A stretch of 64,000 nt of DNA from Phyllobates terribilis (GCF_046119375.1 NW_027362768.1:119350001-119414000), one strand, 5' to 3'; shown: positions 12,180-24,575, counted from the first letter of the stretch. A program made the numbers and translations. Notes: generated from the sequence alone by a model not told the origin.

Positions 12180-13520
12180 CACTGCGTTCCAAATTATTAT
12201 ACAAAAAGTGTTTAGGAGTGATAAGGGAAGAATTTGTTTGTCAGTTAAACTCATTGATGGTGATGTGTGTCAGGGCTCTTTATATCACTGTAAGCAATTG
12301 CAGACACCTGTGCTAATTAGTTTGGCAGGTGTGTCCAATGAAAGGCAAGACTACTTAAGAAGGCTCTCTCACATTATTAAGCAGCCTACATTTTCTGCCA
12401 AAATGGGAAAGAAAAAGGATGTGTCGGCTGCTGAGAAGCAACAAATTGTGGAGTGTTTAGGTCAAGGCATGACTACAATCAACATTGTGCGATGATCAGG
12501 ATGAAGTGTCCTGGCAATCAAGAAGTATGTAGCTGATTCACAGTACACACGTGTGCGTGCTGATAAGGGCAAATTGAGGACTCTTTCCTACAGGCAATTA
12601 CGTCAGGTTGAAAGAGCAGCGGCAAAAAAGCCTTGTCATAGCAGCAGACAAGTTTTTGAAGCTGCTTGTGCCTCCAACGTCCCCCGAACAACAAGATGCA
12701 GGGTCCTTCAGAGGTTTGCAGCTGTGCATGCGCCATCCTGTCGACCTCCTCTATCCACTTCACACAAGCAAAAACGGCTCCAGTGGGCCAAACATTACAT
12801 GAAGACTGATTTCAAAACTGTTTTGTTCACGGATGAGTGCCGTGCAGCGCTCGATGGTCCAGATGGATGGAGTGGAGGATGGCTGGTTGATGGACACCCC
12901 ACGCAAACACGGCTACAGCGCCAACAAGGAGGAGGTGGAGTAATGTTTTGGGCTGGAATCATGGGGAGAGAGATTGTCGGCCCCTTTAGGATCCCTGAAG
13001 GCGCTAAAGATGAACTCCATAATGTATGTGGATTTTCTCAAACAGCACTTCCTGCCATGGTTCAAGAAGAAGAACCGTGTATTTCACAGCAAGATCATTT
13101 TTCTGCATGATAATGCACCATCTCATGCTGCACATAAAACATCTGCATCTCTGGCTGATATGGGCATAAAAGGGGACAAACTTATGGTGTGACCCCCATG
13201 CTCCCCTGACCTCTACCCCATTCAGAACCTTTGGAGCATCATTAAAAGGAGTGTCTATGATGGCGGGAGGCAGTTCACATCTAAGCAACAGCTCTGGGAG
13301 GGTATTCTGTCCTCATGCAAAACAATTGAAGCAGAAACCATCCAAAACCTGACAAATTCAATGGACGAGAGAGTTCAGAAGCTCCTTTCGAACAAGGGGT
13401 CCTATGTGAAAATGTAACATCACCTAGAATAAAGTTTTGAGTTGAAAACTGTTTGATTTCAGTTTCTAACAACCTGCTAATGCTTATAATTTCAAAAATG
13501 ACCATTTTTTTGGTCTTTAT
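12180..13520 (+). mobile_element. Tc1-like element, right end truncated
   Basis: TA|CACTGCGTTCCAAATTATTAT left terminus; transposase remnants. Confidence 0.85.
12403..13415 (+). pseudogene. Tc1 transposase pseudogene
   Basis: MGKKKDVS.., FTDEC, GGGVMFWAGI, FLHDNAPSH, SPDLYPIQNLW (catalytic E replaced by Q); stops and frameshifts. Confidence 0.88.
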
Positions 13521-13875
13521 TAAAATGAAAAGGTTGATCGAAAAGTTTGGGGGATCTAAGAGTGTGGCAACCCAGTAGTCATGATTACTTCGAATTCTGA
13601 CAATATGAGGGTCATGCTGCAGGTAGTGCAGCAAGAAGGCACTTATGTGCCTTGCGCATCTCGGAGCCCCAAAATTATTTTCCGGGCTAGATGCAGCTAA
13701 AAATTATTTTTAATTTTAAATCTGGTGAAGCTTTAGTATAGATGGCCTAATAGGATCAGTGCTGCACACTGCTACAAAGCCCAAATTATTTTCCAGTCAA
13801 GATACAGATAAACATGATTAGTAATTTGAAAGCTTAAAACGGTTGGTTGGGTGATTTTAACCAATCATCAAGCTT

Positions 13876-16800
13876 TTACTCTCCCCAGGATGACACAGGG
13901 GTAGAAAAGTCGTTTCGGATCCATGATTTGTTCATCTTTATGAACGTGAGTCTGTCTACATTATCAGTGGAGAGCCGCGTGCGCTTATCTGTCAGCACAC
14001 CACCAGCAGCGCTGAACACACGTTCAGACAGAACGCTGGCTGCGGGGCATGACAAGATCTCCAAGGCGTAAGTGGCTAGCTCCGGCCATTTATCCAGATT
14101 GGAAGCCCAAAAAGAGCAAGGGTCCAGTGACACAGTCGTGGCTTCAATGTTTACTTGGAGATACTCCTGTACCATCGTCTCTAGGCGTTGACTATGTGTC
14201 AGACTTCTTGTCTCCTGTGGCCTTGCAAAGGATGGGCTAAAAAAGTGGTGAAATGATTCCGCAAAATTGATGTTACCAGCAGATACTGTGGTTCTGTTAC
14301 GGTTTGAGTGCTGAAAACTTGACGGTCCCACGGTTGGCAAGTTGGAACTGTGAGATTCACTACGTGCACCACTGGTATTTTGTGGAAAAGCACATGTAAG
14401 ATTCTGCAACAGTCTCTGCTGATACTCCTGCATGCGTGCATCCCTTTCTATGGCAGGAATAATTTCTGCAAATTTACTTTTGTACCGGGGATCTAACAGT
14501 GTGGCAACCCAGTAGTCAGGATTATTTCTAATTCTCACAATTCGAGGGTCATGTTGCAGGTAGTGCAGCAAGAAGGCACTCATGTGTGTTGCGCATCCAG
14601 GAGCACCAAGTCCCTGTTGTGTTGGTGGCGAGGTAACAATCATGCTTCCTTCCTCTGTCCTCTCCCCCCAACCTCGCACAACAGAAATGTGATCAAGGTC
14701 TCCCTCATCTGATGAGTCTTCCATCAGTTCGTCCTCCACTTCTTCCTGGGCTCCTGCACCTTCCTCACTAGTTTGGCTGCTACCATGCGCCCTGGTAAAA
14801 CCATCTCCCCCACCCTCACATGCCTGCCGCCTTGGTGCTGCCGACCGTCTGGACCTTGCAGATGTTAGCCCTTGCGCATACAACTCCTCCTCCTCTACTT
14901 CCTCCACCTCCTCTTGTGCCACCACCTGACTCCGAATTCTGTTTAACATGTGCTCCAGCATGTAAATCACCGGAATAGTCATGCTGATAATGGCATCGTC
15001 AGCACTAAACATCTTCGTCGCCATTTCAAAACTGTGCAGAAGGGTGCATAGGTCCCTGATCTGAGACCACTCCTCCAGCGTGATTTGCCCCACCTCTGAA
15101 TCTCGTTGGCCCAGGCTATACGTCAGAACGTATTGCACCAGGGCTTGTCGGTGCTGCCACAGTCGCTGCAACATGTGCAGAGTTGAATTCCACCGGGTAG
15201 GCACATCGCATTTTAGCGGGTGAAGTGGCAGGCCCAACGACTTCTGTAGAGATGTAAGTCGCTGAGCTGCGGGATGCGAACGGCGGAAGTGAGCACACAG
15301 CGACCGTGCCCTCTGCAGAAGGCCATCTAGTCTGGGATAGTGGGCTAAAAATTGCTGGACAACCAGGTTCAACACGTGAGCCATACAAGGCACGTGTGTG
15401 ACATTGCCCCGGCGAAGGGCCGCACCCAGGTTTGCAGCATTGTCGCACACGGCCTTCCCTGGTTTCAGGTCCAGTGGAGACAACCATTCATGAAATTGGT
15501 TCTCCAGAGCTGACCACAACTCCTCAGCTGTGTGACTCACATTTCCCAGACATTTCAATGTAAAAACCGCCTGATGACGTTGAGCCCTACTGCCAGCATA
15601 GTAAGGAGGTGTGCAGGATCCCTTCTGCGCAGTTAGAAAGCTTGTGGCATGACCAGACAGGCTTTGGGTGCAGGTGGAAGACCGAGAGGAGGTTGAGGAG
15701 GCAGAAGCAGTGGAGGAACTTTGACATAAAGAGGATTGACGCACAACTCGTGGGGACGGCAAGACTTGGACAGCAGCCCCTTGTCCTGCTGTCACCATAG
15801 TTACCCAGTGCCCAGTCAGCGACATGTAACGCCCCTGTCCATGCCTACTCGTCCAAGTGTCTGTGGTGAAATGCACCCTGTCACACACAGAGTTTCTCAA
15901 AGAAGCGGTGATGTTGTGTGCGACATGCTGGTGGAGCGCAGGCACACCTTTCTTTGAGAAGTAGTGCCGACTGGGCATCTGGTACTGGGGCACTGCGACG
16001 GACATAAAGTCTCGAAAATCCTCTGTGTCCACCAGGCGGAAAGGCAGCATTTCTGTAGCCAAGAGCTTGCAGATGGTGAAATTCAACCTCTTAGCTTTCT
16101 CATGGCTAGGAGGAAATGGTCTTTTACTTGTCCACATCTGAGGGACCGAGGGCTGGCTATTGTGCTTAGACGGGGTTGATAAGGGTGTCCCCGGCAAACT
16201 GCCGGTCTGTGAGGAAAATGCAGGCGGACATGTTAGGTTGCCTTGATCCAAAGGTGGTGCTATCGATGTCGGACAGCGCTCAACACCAGCTGGTGTTACC
16301 ACATCCAAAGAAAATGATGACCTGCCAATCACGCTGGCTGTTGCGGGTAAAGAGGTGGCAGGTCTGCGCCCCAAAACAGGTGTGACTGCTGTCCCCCCAG
16401 TCACAGAGGATGAAGAGGCCGCGGATGCACAAGATATGGCAGACGGTGATTGGAACGGCCGGCTAGGCCGCATTGTAGCACACTGAGCTTCCCACTGCAA
16501 CTTATGCTTCATGTCCATGTGCCGGTTCATGCATGAAGTACTCAAACTATGTATTTTTTGGCCTCTACTTAGCTTTTGCTGACAAATGTTACAGATAACA
16601 CGAGTTGGGTCATCTTTATCGATCTGAAAAAATGCCCAGGCTATGCAAGGCTTAGCACCCATGCGACCTGAAGAGCCACCACGACTTGTGGTGAGAGGCA
16701 GAGTTGTGTTTGAGGATGCAGTTGTTGACGTGCTTCCAGTACTACGTCTCTGTCCAGGAAGGCGCAACCTGACCTCGTCGTCACTAGCATCTTCCTCCAC

Positions 16801-17556
16801 CTCCTCTGCTGACCTCATCTCTTGGCTGACTGTGGGTTGACAGTAAGTGGGATCTCCGACCTCATCATCATCACCCTGTGCGTTATCACACCCGTTGTCC
16901 TCAGAGCCAACCTGTTCCTGCCCTGACAAAAAAATAAAGTTGTCGCTCCAATCAGGTATTTGAGTCTTATCATCGTCTTCCTCATTGTCTCCACCAACAG
17001 GAGTTACAGTTTGGGAATGAGGGTCTACATTATGGTCAGAACCTTCTGCGTCTGGTCCTGGATCCGACTCATAAAGATTCTGGGCATCAGTGCAGATCAT
17101 TTCCTCGTCTGGATTCACAGAAGCGCTGGAGTCGACCTCTGATTCCCAGGCTATAGTATGAGTAAACAGCTCTGCAGACTCAACCATCTGTTCTACCTCA
17201 CACTCAGACGGGCAGCTGGAGATTTGGGAGCTGTGAGGAAGCAAGTGCGATTTGGGTGACACCTTTGAGGACTGGAGTATTTGTGATGTTGAAGTTGATG
17301 TGGAGGAGAGCCCACTTAAAGGAGCACTTGATATCCGTTGAAGCACCTGCTGTTTTTGTGCCTCATCTGGAATTTGTAGCGATTGGCGTGGCCGTAAGAA
17401 AGGGATCTTATCACATTGTCCGCTAAAAGAAGTAGACATTTTAGTTTGGCTGGAAGATGGTCTTTCTTCTGCACCTACCCCACGGACACAACCTTTTTTC
17501 CCCTTCCCAACACGCCTATTCCCCTTTCCACCAGCAGCAGGCCTTTTTCCACTCAT
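13876..17556 (-). CDS. hAT-superfamily transposase, 1226 aa, BED zinc finger + DDE + C-terminal hAT dimerisation domain
   Basis: AWAFF..CNIC..KLSRG..CMNRHMDMKH (BED); FTTDTW (D1), VCDNAAN (D2), CMAH, CDVPTRWNST, LLDPRYK, WPEL..LSCPAASVLSERVFSAAG (E); no internal stop. Confidence 0.93.
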   Translation of the reverse strand: MSGKRPAAGGKGNRRVGKGKKGCVRGVGAEERPSSSQTKMSTSFSGQCDKIPFLRPRQSLQIPDEAQKQQVLQRISSAPLSGLSSTSTSTSQILQSSKVSPKSHLLPHSSQISSCPSECEVEQMVESAELFTHTIAWESEVDSSASVNPDEEMICTDAQNLYESDPGPDAEGSDHNVDPHSQTVTPVGGDNEEDDDKTQIPDWSDNFIFLSGQEQVGSEDNGCDNAQGDDDEVGDPTYCQPTVSQEMRSAEEVEEDASDDEVRLRLPGQRRSTGSTSTTASSNTTLPLTTSRGGSSGRMGAKPCIAWAFFQIDKDDPTRVICNICQQKLSRGQKIHSLSTSCMNRHMDMKHKLQWEAQCATMRPSRPFQSPSAISCASAASSSSVTGGTAVTPVLGRRPATSLPATASVIGRSSFSLDVVTPAGVERCPTSIAPPLDQGNLTCPPAFSSQTGSLPGTPLSTPSKHNSQPSVPQMWTSKRPFPPSHEKAKRLNFTICKLLATEMLPFRLVDTEDFRDFMSVAVPQYQMPSRHYFSKKGVPALHQHVAHNITASLRNSVCDRVHFTTDTWTSRHGQGRYMSLTGHWVTMVTAGQGAAVQVLPSPRVVRQSSLCQSSSTASASSTSSRSSTCTQSLSGHATSFLTAQKGSCTPPYYAGSRAQRHQAVFTLKCLGNVSHTAEELWSALENQFHEWLSPLDLKPGKAVCDNAANLGAALRRGNVTHVPCMAHVLNLVVQQFLAHYPRLDGLLQRARSLCAHFRRSHPAAQRLTSLQKSLGLPLHPLKCDVPTRWNSTLHMLQRLWQHRQALVQYVLTYSLGQRDSEVGQITLEEWSQIRDLCTLLHSFEMATKMFSADDAIISMTIPVIYMLEHMLNRIRSQVVAQEEVEEVEEEELYAQGLTSARSRRSAAPRRQACEGGGDGFTRAHGSSQTSEEGAGAQEEVEDELMEDSSDEGDLDHISVVRGWGERTEEGSMIVTSPPTQQGLGAPGCATHMSAFLLHYLQHDPRIVRIRNNPDYWVATLLDPRYKSKFAEIIPAIERDARMQEYQQRLLQNLTCAFPQNTSGARSESHSSNLPTVGPSSFQHSNRNRTTVSAGNINFAESFHHFFSPSFARPQETRSLTHSQRLETMVQEYLQVNIEATTVSLDPCSFWASNLDKWPELATYALEILSCPAASVLSERVFSAAGGVLTDKRTRLSTDNVDRLTFIKMNKSWIRNDFSTPVSSWGE

Positions 17557-17689
17557 TTTGGTGGTTAACTAATTCACAACTCTGGAGTTGTTTGCACAAA
17601 AAAACAATGGATGGTAACCGAGCAGAGCTGAGTGGCCAAACTGTGGTATTAGGCCAAAACTATTGGCTGGGTTAGATGCAGAAAAAAAA

Positions 17690-19170
17690 TATTTTTAATT
17701 TGCAACCTGATGGAGGTCAGTATAGATGGACTAATAGACCAAGTCCCACACACCGCTACAAGCCCAAATATTTTTTCAGAGCTAGATGCAGAAATTTTTT
17801 TTATTCAATTTGCAACCTGATGGAGGTCAGTATAGATGGACTAATAGACCAAGTCCCACACACTGCTAGAAGCCCAAATATTTTTTCAGAGCTAGATGCA
17901 GAAAAAAATTATTTTTAATTTGCAACCTGATGGAGGTCAGTATAGATGGACTAATAGACCAAGTCCCACACACTGCTAGAAGCCCAAATATTTTTTCAGA
18001 GCTAGATGCAGAAAAAAATTATTTTTAATTTGCAACCTGATGGAGGTCAGTATAGATGGACTAATAGAACAAGTCCCACACGCTGCTAGAAGCCCAAATA
18101 TTTTTTCAGAGATAAATGAAGAAAAAAATTATTTTTAATTTGCAACCTGATGGAGGTCAGTATAGATGGACTAATAGACCAAGTCCCACACACTGCTAGA
18201 AGCCCAAATATTTTTTCAGAGCTAGATGCAGAAAAAAATTATTTTTAATTTGCAACCTGATGGAGGTCAGTATAGATGGACTAATAGACCAAGTCCCACA
18301 CACTGCTAGAAGCCCAAATATTTTTTCAGAGCTAGATGCAGAAAAAAATTAGTTTTAATTTGCAACCTGATGGAGGTCAGTATAGATGGACTAATAGACC
18401 AAGTCCCACACACCGCTAGAAGCCCAAATATTTTTTCAGAGCTAGATGCAGAAAAAAATTATTTTTAATTTGCAACCTGATGGAGGTCAGTATAGATGAA
18501 CTAATAGACCAAGTCCCACACACTGCTAGAAGCCCAAATATTTTTTCAGAGCTAGATGCAGAAAAAAATTATTTTTAATTTGCAACCTGATGGAGGTCAG
18601 TATAGATGGACTAATAGACCAAGTCCCACACACTGCTAGAAGCCCAAATATTTTTTCAGAGCTAGATGCAGAAAAAAATTATTTTTAATTTGCAACCTGA
18701 TGGAGGTCAGTATAGATGGACTAATAGACCAAGTCCCACACACCGCTAGAAGCCCAAATATTTTTTCAGAGCTAGATGCAGAAAAAAATTATTTTTAATT
18801 TGCAACCTGATGTAGGTCAGTATAGATGGACTAATAGACCAAGTCCCACACACTGCTAGAAGCCCAAATATTTTTTCAGAGCTAGATGCAGAAAAAAATT
18901 ATTTTTAATTTGCAACCTGATGGAGGTCAGTATAGATGGACTAATAGACCAAGTCCCACACACTGCTAGAAGCCCAAATATTTTTTCAGAGGTAGATGCA
19001 GAAAAAAATTATTTTTAATTTGCAACCTGATGGAGGTCAGTATAGATGGACTAATAGACCAAGTCCCACACACCGCGCTAGAAGCCCAAATATTTTTTCA
19101 GAGCTAGATGCAGAAAAAAATTATATTCAGTTTGCAACCTGATGGAGGTCAGTATAGATGGACTAATAGA
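17690..19170. repeat. Tandem array, 14 x 110 bp, immediately upstream of the transposase ATG
   Basis: TGCAACCTGA at 17701, 17811, 17921 ... 19021, 19133; units nearly identical. Confidence 0.95.
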
Positions 19171-21644
19171 ATGATGCTATGCCCAAAAGATTTTACTTCA
19201 CTAGGTGCAGTAAAAAAATTGGTATTCTATACACAGGTGTTATATCTTGCAACACAGATAGGCTACTCCACTGACTAACACACTCTGCAATAGGCCAAAA
19301 AGGATTAGCTTTGCTAGATTCAGCCAAATGCTGTGAAAAAAACTTGCACAGCACTGGCACAGACCTGCCTGGCAAAAACTGATAGGAACTCATGTAACCT
19401 AGTCCTGAAAAGGACTCCAATTACAATTAGTCTTTACTCCCACAACCTATCTATTTAAGAGCACAGACCTCCCTGATAAAAGTCGTAGGAAATGCTGCAA
19501 CCTAGTCCTTAAAAGGACTGCAATCACAACTATTCCCTACTCCCAAGCTATCTGTATATTTGTGCGAAAATTGGCTTGAAATTAACAAGGTATAGCACAC
19601 ACAGCAACAGCGGTGCCGTCTAACACGCAGCTGCAGCAGTGAGAAAATGGTGGCGACGGGGAAAATGGCTTGGTCTTATAGGGCAAGGACATGTGACATA
19701 CACTGCCAATCACACATGCCCTTGCTTGTGTGAAAAAAAGCACTTCGCTCCGTGTGTGCGCTGCTGATAGGCTGACAGATTGCACCTCCCCACTGCAAAT
19801 GCGGGAAAGAGAAAAAAAAATGGAGATCTTCATTGTTCCTGCAGAGATCCATCCCCTGCCCCTCCCCCCGCCCCGCTGTACACTCAAACTGCGTATTAAC
19901 ATTAATTTTCATCATTACTGAGAAAAAATCCAGTTATGATTTTGGTGCACGAACAGTTATCGAACATAACCTCGAACAGCCGAATTTTTCTCAAATTGTT
20001 CGTGTTCGCCGACCGGCTCGAACACCGCCCAAAACAGCTCGAATTTGAGATTGGCGAACAGTTCGAGTAGAACAACGCTCATCTCTAGTATTAAGCCACT
20101 TTTACGGGCTCACAATAAAATGTTCAAAAATGAAACTGAAACACTTGTGTATAAGGTAAAATAAATAACCAAAAACAAAAGTACTCCTCCACACCTTGGG
20201 CTATGTTCACAAGTAGCATTTTTTATGCGTTTTTGCACTTTTGTATTGCTTTCAACTGTGACAAATGCATTCACCGGGAAATGTCATTTTAACATTTTAC
20301 AACCTTACCTGGTCATGTGCTGTGTGACACATGCATACAGTGCTGAAAAGACATGGGAACAGCATGGGGAAGACCCCTGGAAGCATCTCTGACACCCAGG
20401 TCACTGCCTAAAAGTGTGCCCATCAGAAGTGATCCTTGCCGCATCAGAAAATGCAGATTTGCAACTATCCCCGTGCAAGTCCTTGTCCCAGGGCAGTGTT
20501 CAATTGTACCTCCTCGATTCCTTGCAATGCAAGCGCAAGTATGCAGCCTGCCACCCACCCACCCCCAGGCTGCAATACCATACTGCTTGTTTGCTTGCAC
20601 TTGAAATTGGGCCTTTTAGGCATGTGGAGGCGGAATCTGGCCACCACGTCATGGCTGCGTCGGCGGCCTGGTATCCATACTCAGTCCCCAGCTGCCCGGC
20701 GGCCGGGTGTCCACGCTTGGTCCCCAGCCGCCAGGGGGCGGCCGGATGTCCATAAACGGTCCCCAGCCGCCCCTATTTGAAGGACAGCCTAACCACAAAC
20801 ACGTGAACAAGTGAATGTGGCCAGGGATGGTCCATCTCACTGACGCCTTCACACTGGGTTAATATTGTGGAAGCCGGGACACAGTTGGACACTGGGATGC
20901 AACACGTCCTCCAGACATAGAGGATTGCAGTTCCTGGGTCAATCAGGCTTCAACACAAAGTTCAGAAGGTAGACAGCAGCAGTGGTCGGCCACCTACACA
21001 ACGAGTAAATTATTCATGATCATAGGGCCATCCATCTCCTTAGCTTTCTGTTCCTTGGAATGCAAGCGCATGTATGTAGTAGTGGCTAGGCCTGAGGTGG
21101 TCAGCATTTTGGCGCATATCCTACCTCCTCCGAGGATTGCTGGATGTTTTCCTGCTACTATCCCAGTTCTATGACTCCCGTTAAAACAAAGCTTCAGGTG
21201 ATGAATGATGGATGAGGTGGTGGCAAAGGAGAAAGAGCAGGAGGAACAGGGACCATTCACATCAATATCTGGCCAGTCAACCACACATGTCTTGTAGGAT
21301 ATGTTTCTGTACCAAAAGGAGCGGTTTGGCTACACAGTTATAGGGCATACAGTGAGTGCAATGCCTACCAAAAATTTCGAGGCACTCCAATGCCCATTGG
21401 AAGTGACATGGAGTTCAGTGGGCCTTAACTAAACCGTTTTTTCCATTTATAGCAACTGGGTCTCCTGTACACTGTTGGCCTAAGCAGTGAATGGAAGGCT
21501 TTCCAAAAATTATGAGGAACTGCAATGCCCCTTGAAAGAGATGTGGATTACAGCGTACTAAAAACCTTCTACCCATTATTGGGGAGTGGGTCTCACTTAG
21601 TGTTGGCCTATGCATTGAAAAGCAAAAGCTGACTAAAATTAGGA

Positions 21645-24575
21645 GGAAATGCAATGCCCGTTGGAAGAGTCGTGGAGGTTAGAGTTAATTAAAAACAACA
21701 TTTCAATGCCCCTTGGAAGAGCTATGGAGTTCAGAGTGGTTTAACAAGGCGGTTTTAATGCCCCTTGGAAGAGACGTGCAGGTCACAGTAGCTTAACAAG
21801 ACGGTTTTAATGCCCCTTGGAAGAGACATGGAGGTCACAGTAGCTTAACAAGACAGTTTTAATGCCCCTTGGAAGAGTGGTGGAGGTTACAGTGGAATAA
21901 AAAGACAATATCAATGCCCCGTGGAAGAGATGTGGAGGTCACAGTAGCTTTACAAGACAGTTTTAATGCCCCTTGGAAAAGTGGTGGAGGTCGCAGTGGA
22001 ATAAAAAGACAATATCAATGCCCCTTGGAAGAGTGGTGGAGGTCGCATTAGCTTCACAAGACGGTTTTAATGCCCCTTGGAAGAGACATGGAGGTCACAG
22101 TAGCTTAGCAAGACGGTTTTAATGCCCCTTGGAAGAGACGTGGAGGTCACTGTAGCCTAACAAGACGTTTTTAATGCCCTTTGGAAGAGACGTGGAGGTC
22201 ACAGTGGAATAAAAAGACAATATCAATGCCATTTGGAAGAGTGGTGGAGGTTACAGTGGAATAAAAAGACAATATCAATGCCCCTTGGAAGAGATGTGGA
22301 GGTCACAGTAATTTTACAAGACGGTTTTAATGCCCCTTGGAAGAGTGGTGGAGGTTGCAGTGGAATAAAAAGACAACATCAATGCCCCTTGGAAGAGTGG
22401 TAGAGGTCGCAGTAGCTTAACAAGACGGTTTTAATGCCCCTTGGAAGAGACATGGAGGTCACAGTAGCTTAACAAGATGGTTTTAATGCCCCTTGGAAGA
22501 GACGTGGAGGTCACTGTAGCTTAACAAGATGTTTTTAATGCCCCTTGGAAGAGACGTGGAGGTCACAGTGGAATAAAAAGACAATATCAATGCCCTTTGG
22601 AAGAGTGGTGGAGGTCGCAATAGCTTAACAAGACAATTTTATTGCCCCTTGGAAGAGACGTGGAGGTCGCAGTAGCTTAACAAGACGGTTTTAATGCCCC
22701 TTGGAAGAGACGTGGAGGTCACAGTAGCTTAACAAGACGGTTTTAATGCCCCTTGGAAGAGACGTGGAGGTCACAGTGGAATGAAAAGACAATATCAATG
22801 CCCCTTGGAAGAGTGGTGGAGGTCGCAGTAGCTTAACAAGACGGTTTTAATGCCCCTTGGAAGAGACATGGAGGTCACAGTAGCTTAACAAGATGGTTTT
22901 AATGCCCCTTGGAAGAGACGTGGAGGTCACTGTAGCTTAACAAGACGGTTTTAATGCCCCTTGGAAGAGACGTGGAGGTCACAGTGGAATAAAAAGACAA
23001 TATCAATGCCCCTTGGAAGAGTGGTGGAGGTTACAGTGGAATAAAAAGACAATATCAATGCCCCGTGAAAGAGATGTGGAGGTCACAGTAGCTTTACAAG
23101 ACGGTTTTAATGCCCCTTGGAAGAGTGGTGGAGGTCGCAGTGGAATAAAAAGACAATATCAATGCCCCTTGGAAGAGTGGTTGAGGTCGCAATAGCTTAA
23201 CAAGACAGTTTTAATGCCCCTTGGAAGAGACATGGAGGTCACAGTAGCTTAACAAGACAGTGTTAATGCCCCATGGAAGAGTGGTGGAGGTCGCAGAGGA
23301 TTAAAAAGACAATATCAATGCCCCTTGGGAGAGTGGTGGAGGTCGCAGTAGCTTAACAAGATGATTTTATTGCCCCTTGGAAGAGACGTGGTGGTCGCAG
23401 TAGCTTAACAAGATGGTTTTAATGCCCCTTGGAAGAGACGTGGAGGTCACAGTGGAATAAAAAGACAATATCAATGCCCTTTGGTAGAGTGGTGGAGGTC
23501 GCAATAGCTTAACAAGACGGTTTTAATGCCCCTTGGAAGAGACGTGGATGTCACAGTTACTTAACAAGACGGTTTTAATGCCCCTTGGAAGAGACGTGGA
23601 GGTCACAGTAGCTTAACAAGACAGTTTTAATGCCCCGTGGAAGAGACGTGGAGGTTACAGTAGCTTAACAAGACAGTTTAAATGCCCCTTGGAAGAGATG
23701 TGGAGGTCACAGTGGAATAAAAAAACAATATCAATGCCCCTTGGAAGAGTGGTGGAGGTCACAGTAGCTTAACAAGACAGTGTTAATGCCCCTTGGAAAA
23801 GTGGTGGAGGTCACAGTGGAATAAAAAGACAATATCAATGCCCCTTGGAAGAGTGGTGGAGGTCGCAGTAGCTTAACAAGATGATTTTATTGCCCCTTGG
23901 AAGAGATGTGGAGGTCGCAGTAGCTTAACAAGATGGTTTTAATGCCCCTTGGAAGAGACGTGGAGGTCACAGTAGCTTAACAAGACGGTTTTAATGCCCC
24001 TTGGAAGAGACGTGGAGGTCACAGTAGCTTAACAAGACGGTTTTAATGCCCCTTGGAAGAGACGTGGAGGTCAAAGTGGAATAAAAACACAATATCAATG
24101 CCCCTTGGAAGAGTGGTGGAGGTCGCAGTAGCTTAACAAAATGGGTTTAATGCCCCTTGGAAGAGACGTGGAGGTCACAGTAGCTTAACAATATGGTTTT
24201 AATGCCCCTTGGAAGAGACATGGAGGTCATAGAAGCTTAACAAGACGGTTTAAATGCCCCTTGGAAGAGACGTGGAGGTCACAGTAGCTTAAAAAGACGG
24301 TTTTAATGCCCCTTGGAAGAGACGTGGAGGTCACAGTAGTTTAACAAGATGGTTTAAATGCCCCTTGGAAGAGACGTGGAGGTCACAGTGGAATAAAAAG
24401 ACAATATCAATGCCCCGTGGAAGAGATGTGGAGGTCACAGTAGCTTAACAAGACGGTTTTAATGCCCCTTGGAAGAGTGGTAGAGGTCGCAGTGGAATAA
24501 AAAGACAATAACAATACCCAGTGGAAGAGACGTGGAGGTCACAGTAGCTTAACAAGACGATTTTAATGCCCCTTA
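21645..24575. repeat. 52-bp satellite array (~56 copies) inside the outer hAT
   Basis: AATGCCCCTTGGAAGAG(ACG/TGG)TGGAGGTC(A/G)CAGT + (AGCTTAACAAGACGGTTTT or GGAATAAAAAGACAATATC). Confidence 0.95.

Larger units (their letters stand above)
9402..20087 (-). mobile_element. Inner hAT transposon (10.7 kb) with intact transposase ORF
   Basis: Ends TAGTGTTGAGCC / CGCTCATCTCTA; 8-bp TSD GTATTAAG at 9394-9401 and 20088-20095; GTTCG/CGAAC subterminal repeats at both ends. Confidence 0.9.

Noticed and set aside
17690-19170. CRISPR array or tandem ncRNA/tRNA genes
   Set aside because: Whole 110-bp units are identical with no spacers, and there is no tRNA cloverleaf or A/B-box pattern
21645-24575. CRISPR-like appearance (constant AATGCCCCTTGGAAGAG plus variable part)
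   Set aside because: The variable parts are only two recurring alleles, not unique spacers; the context is vertebrate and there are no cas genes
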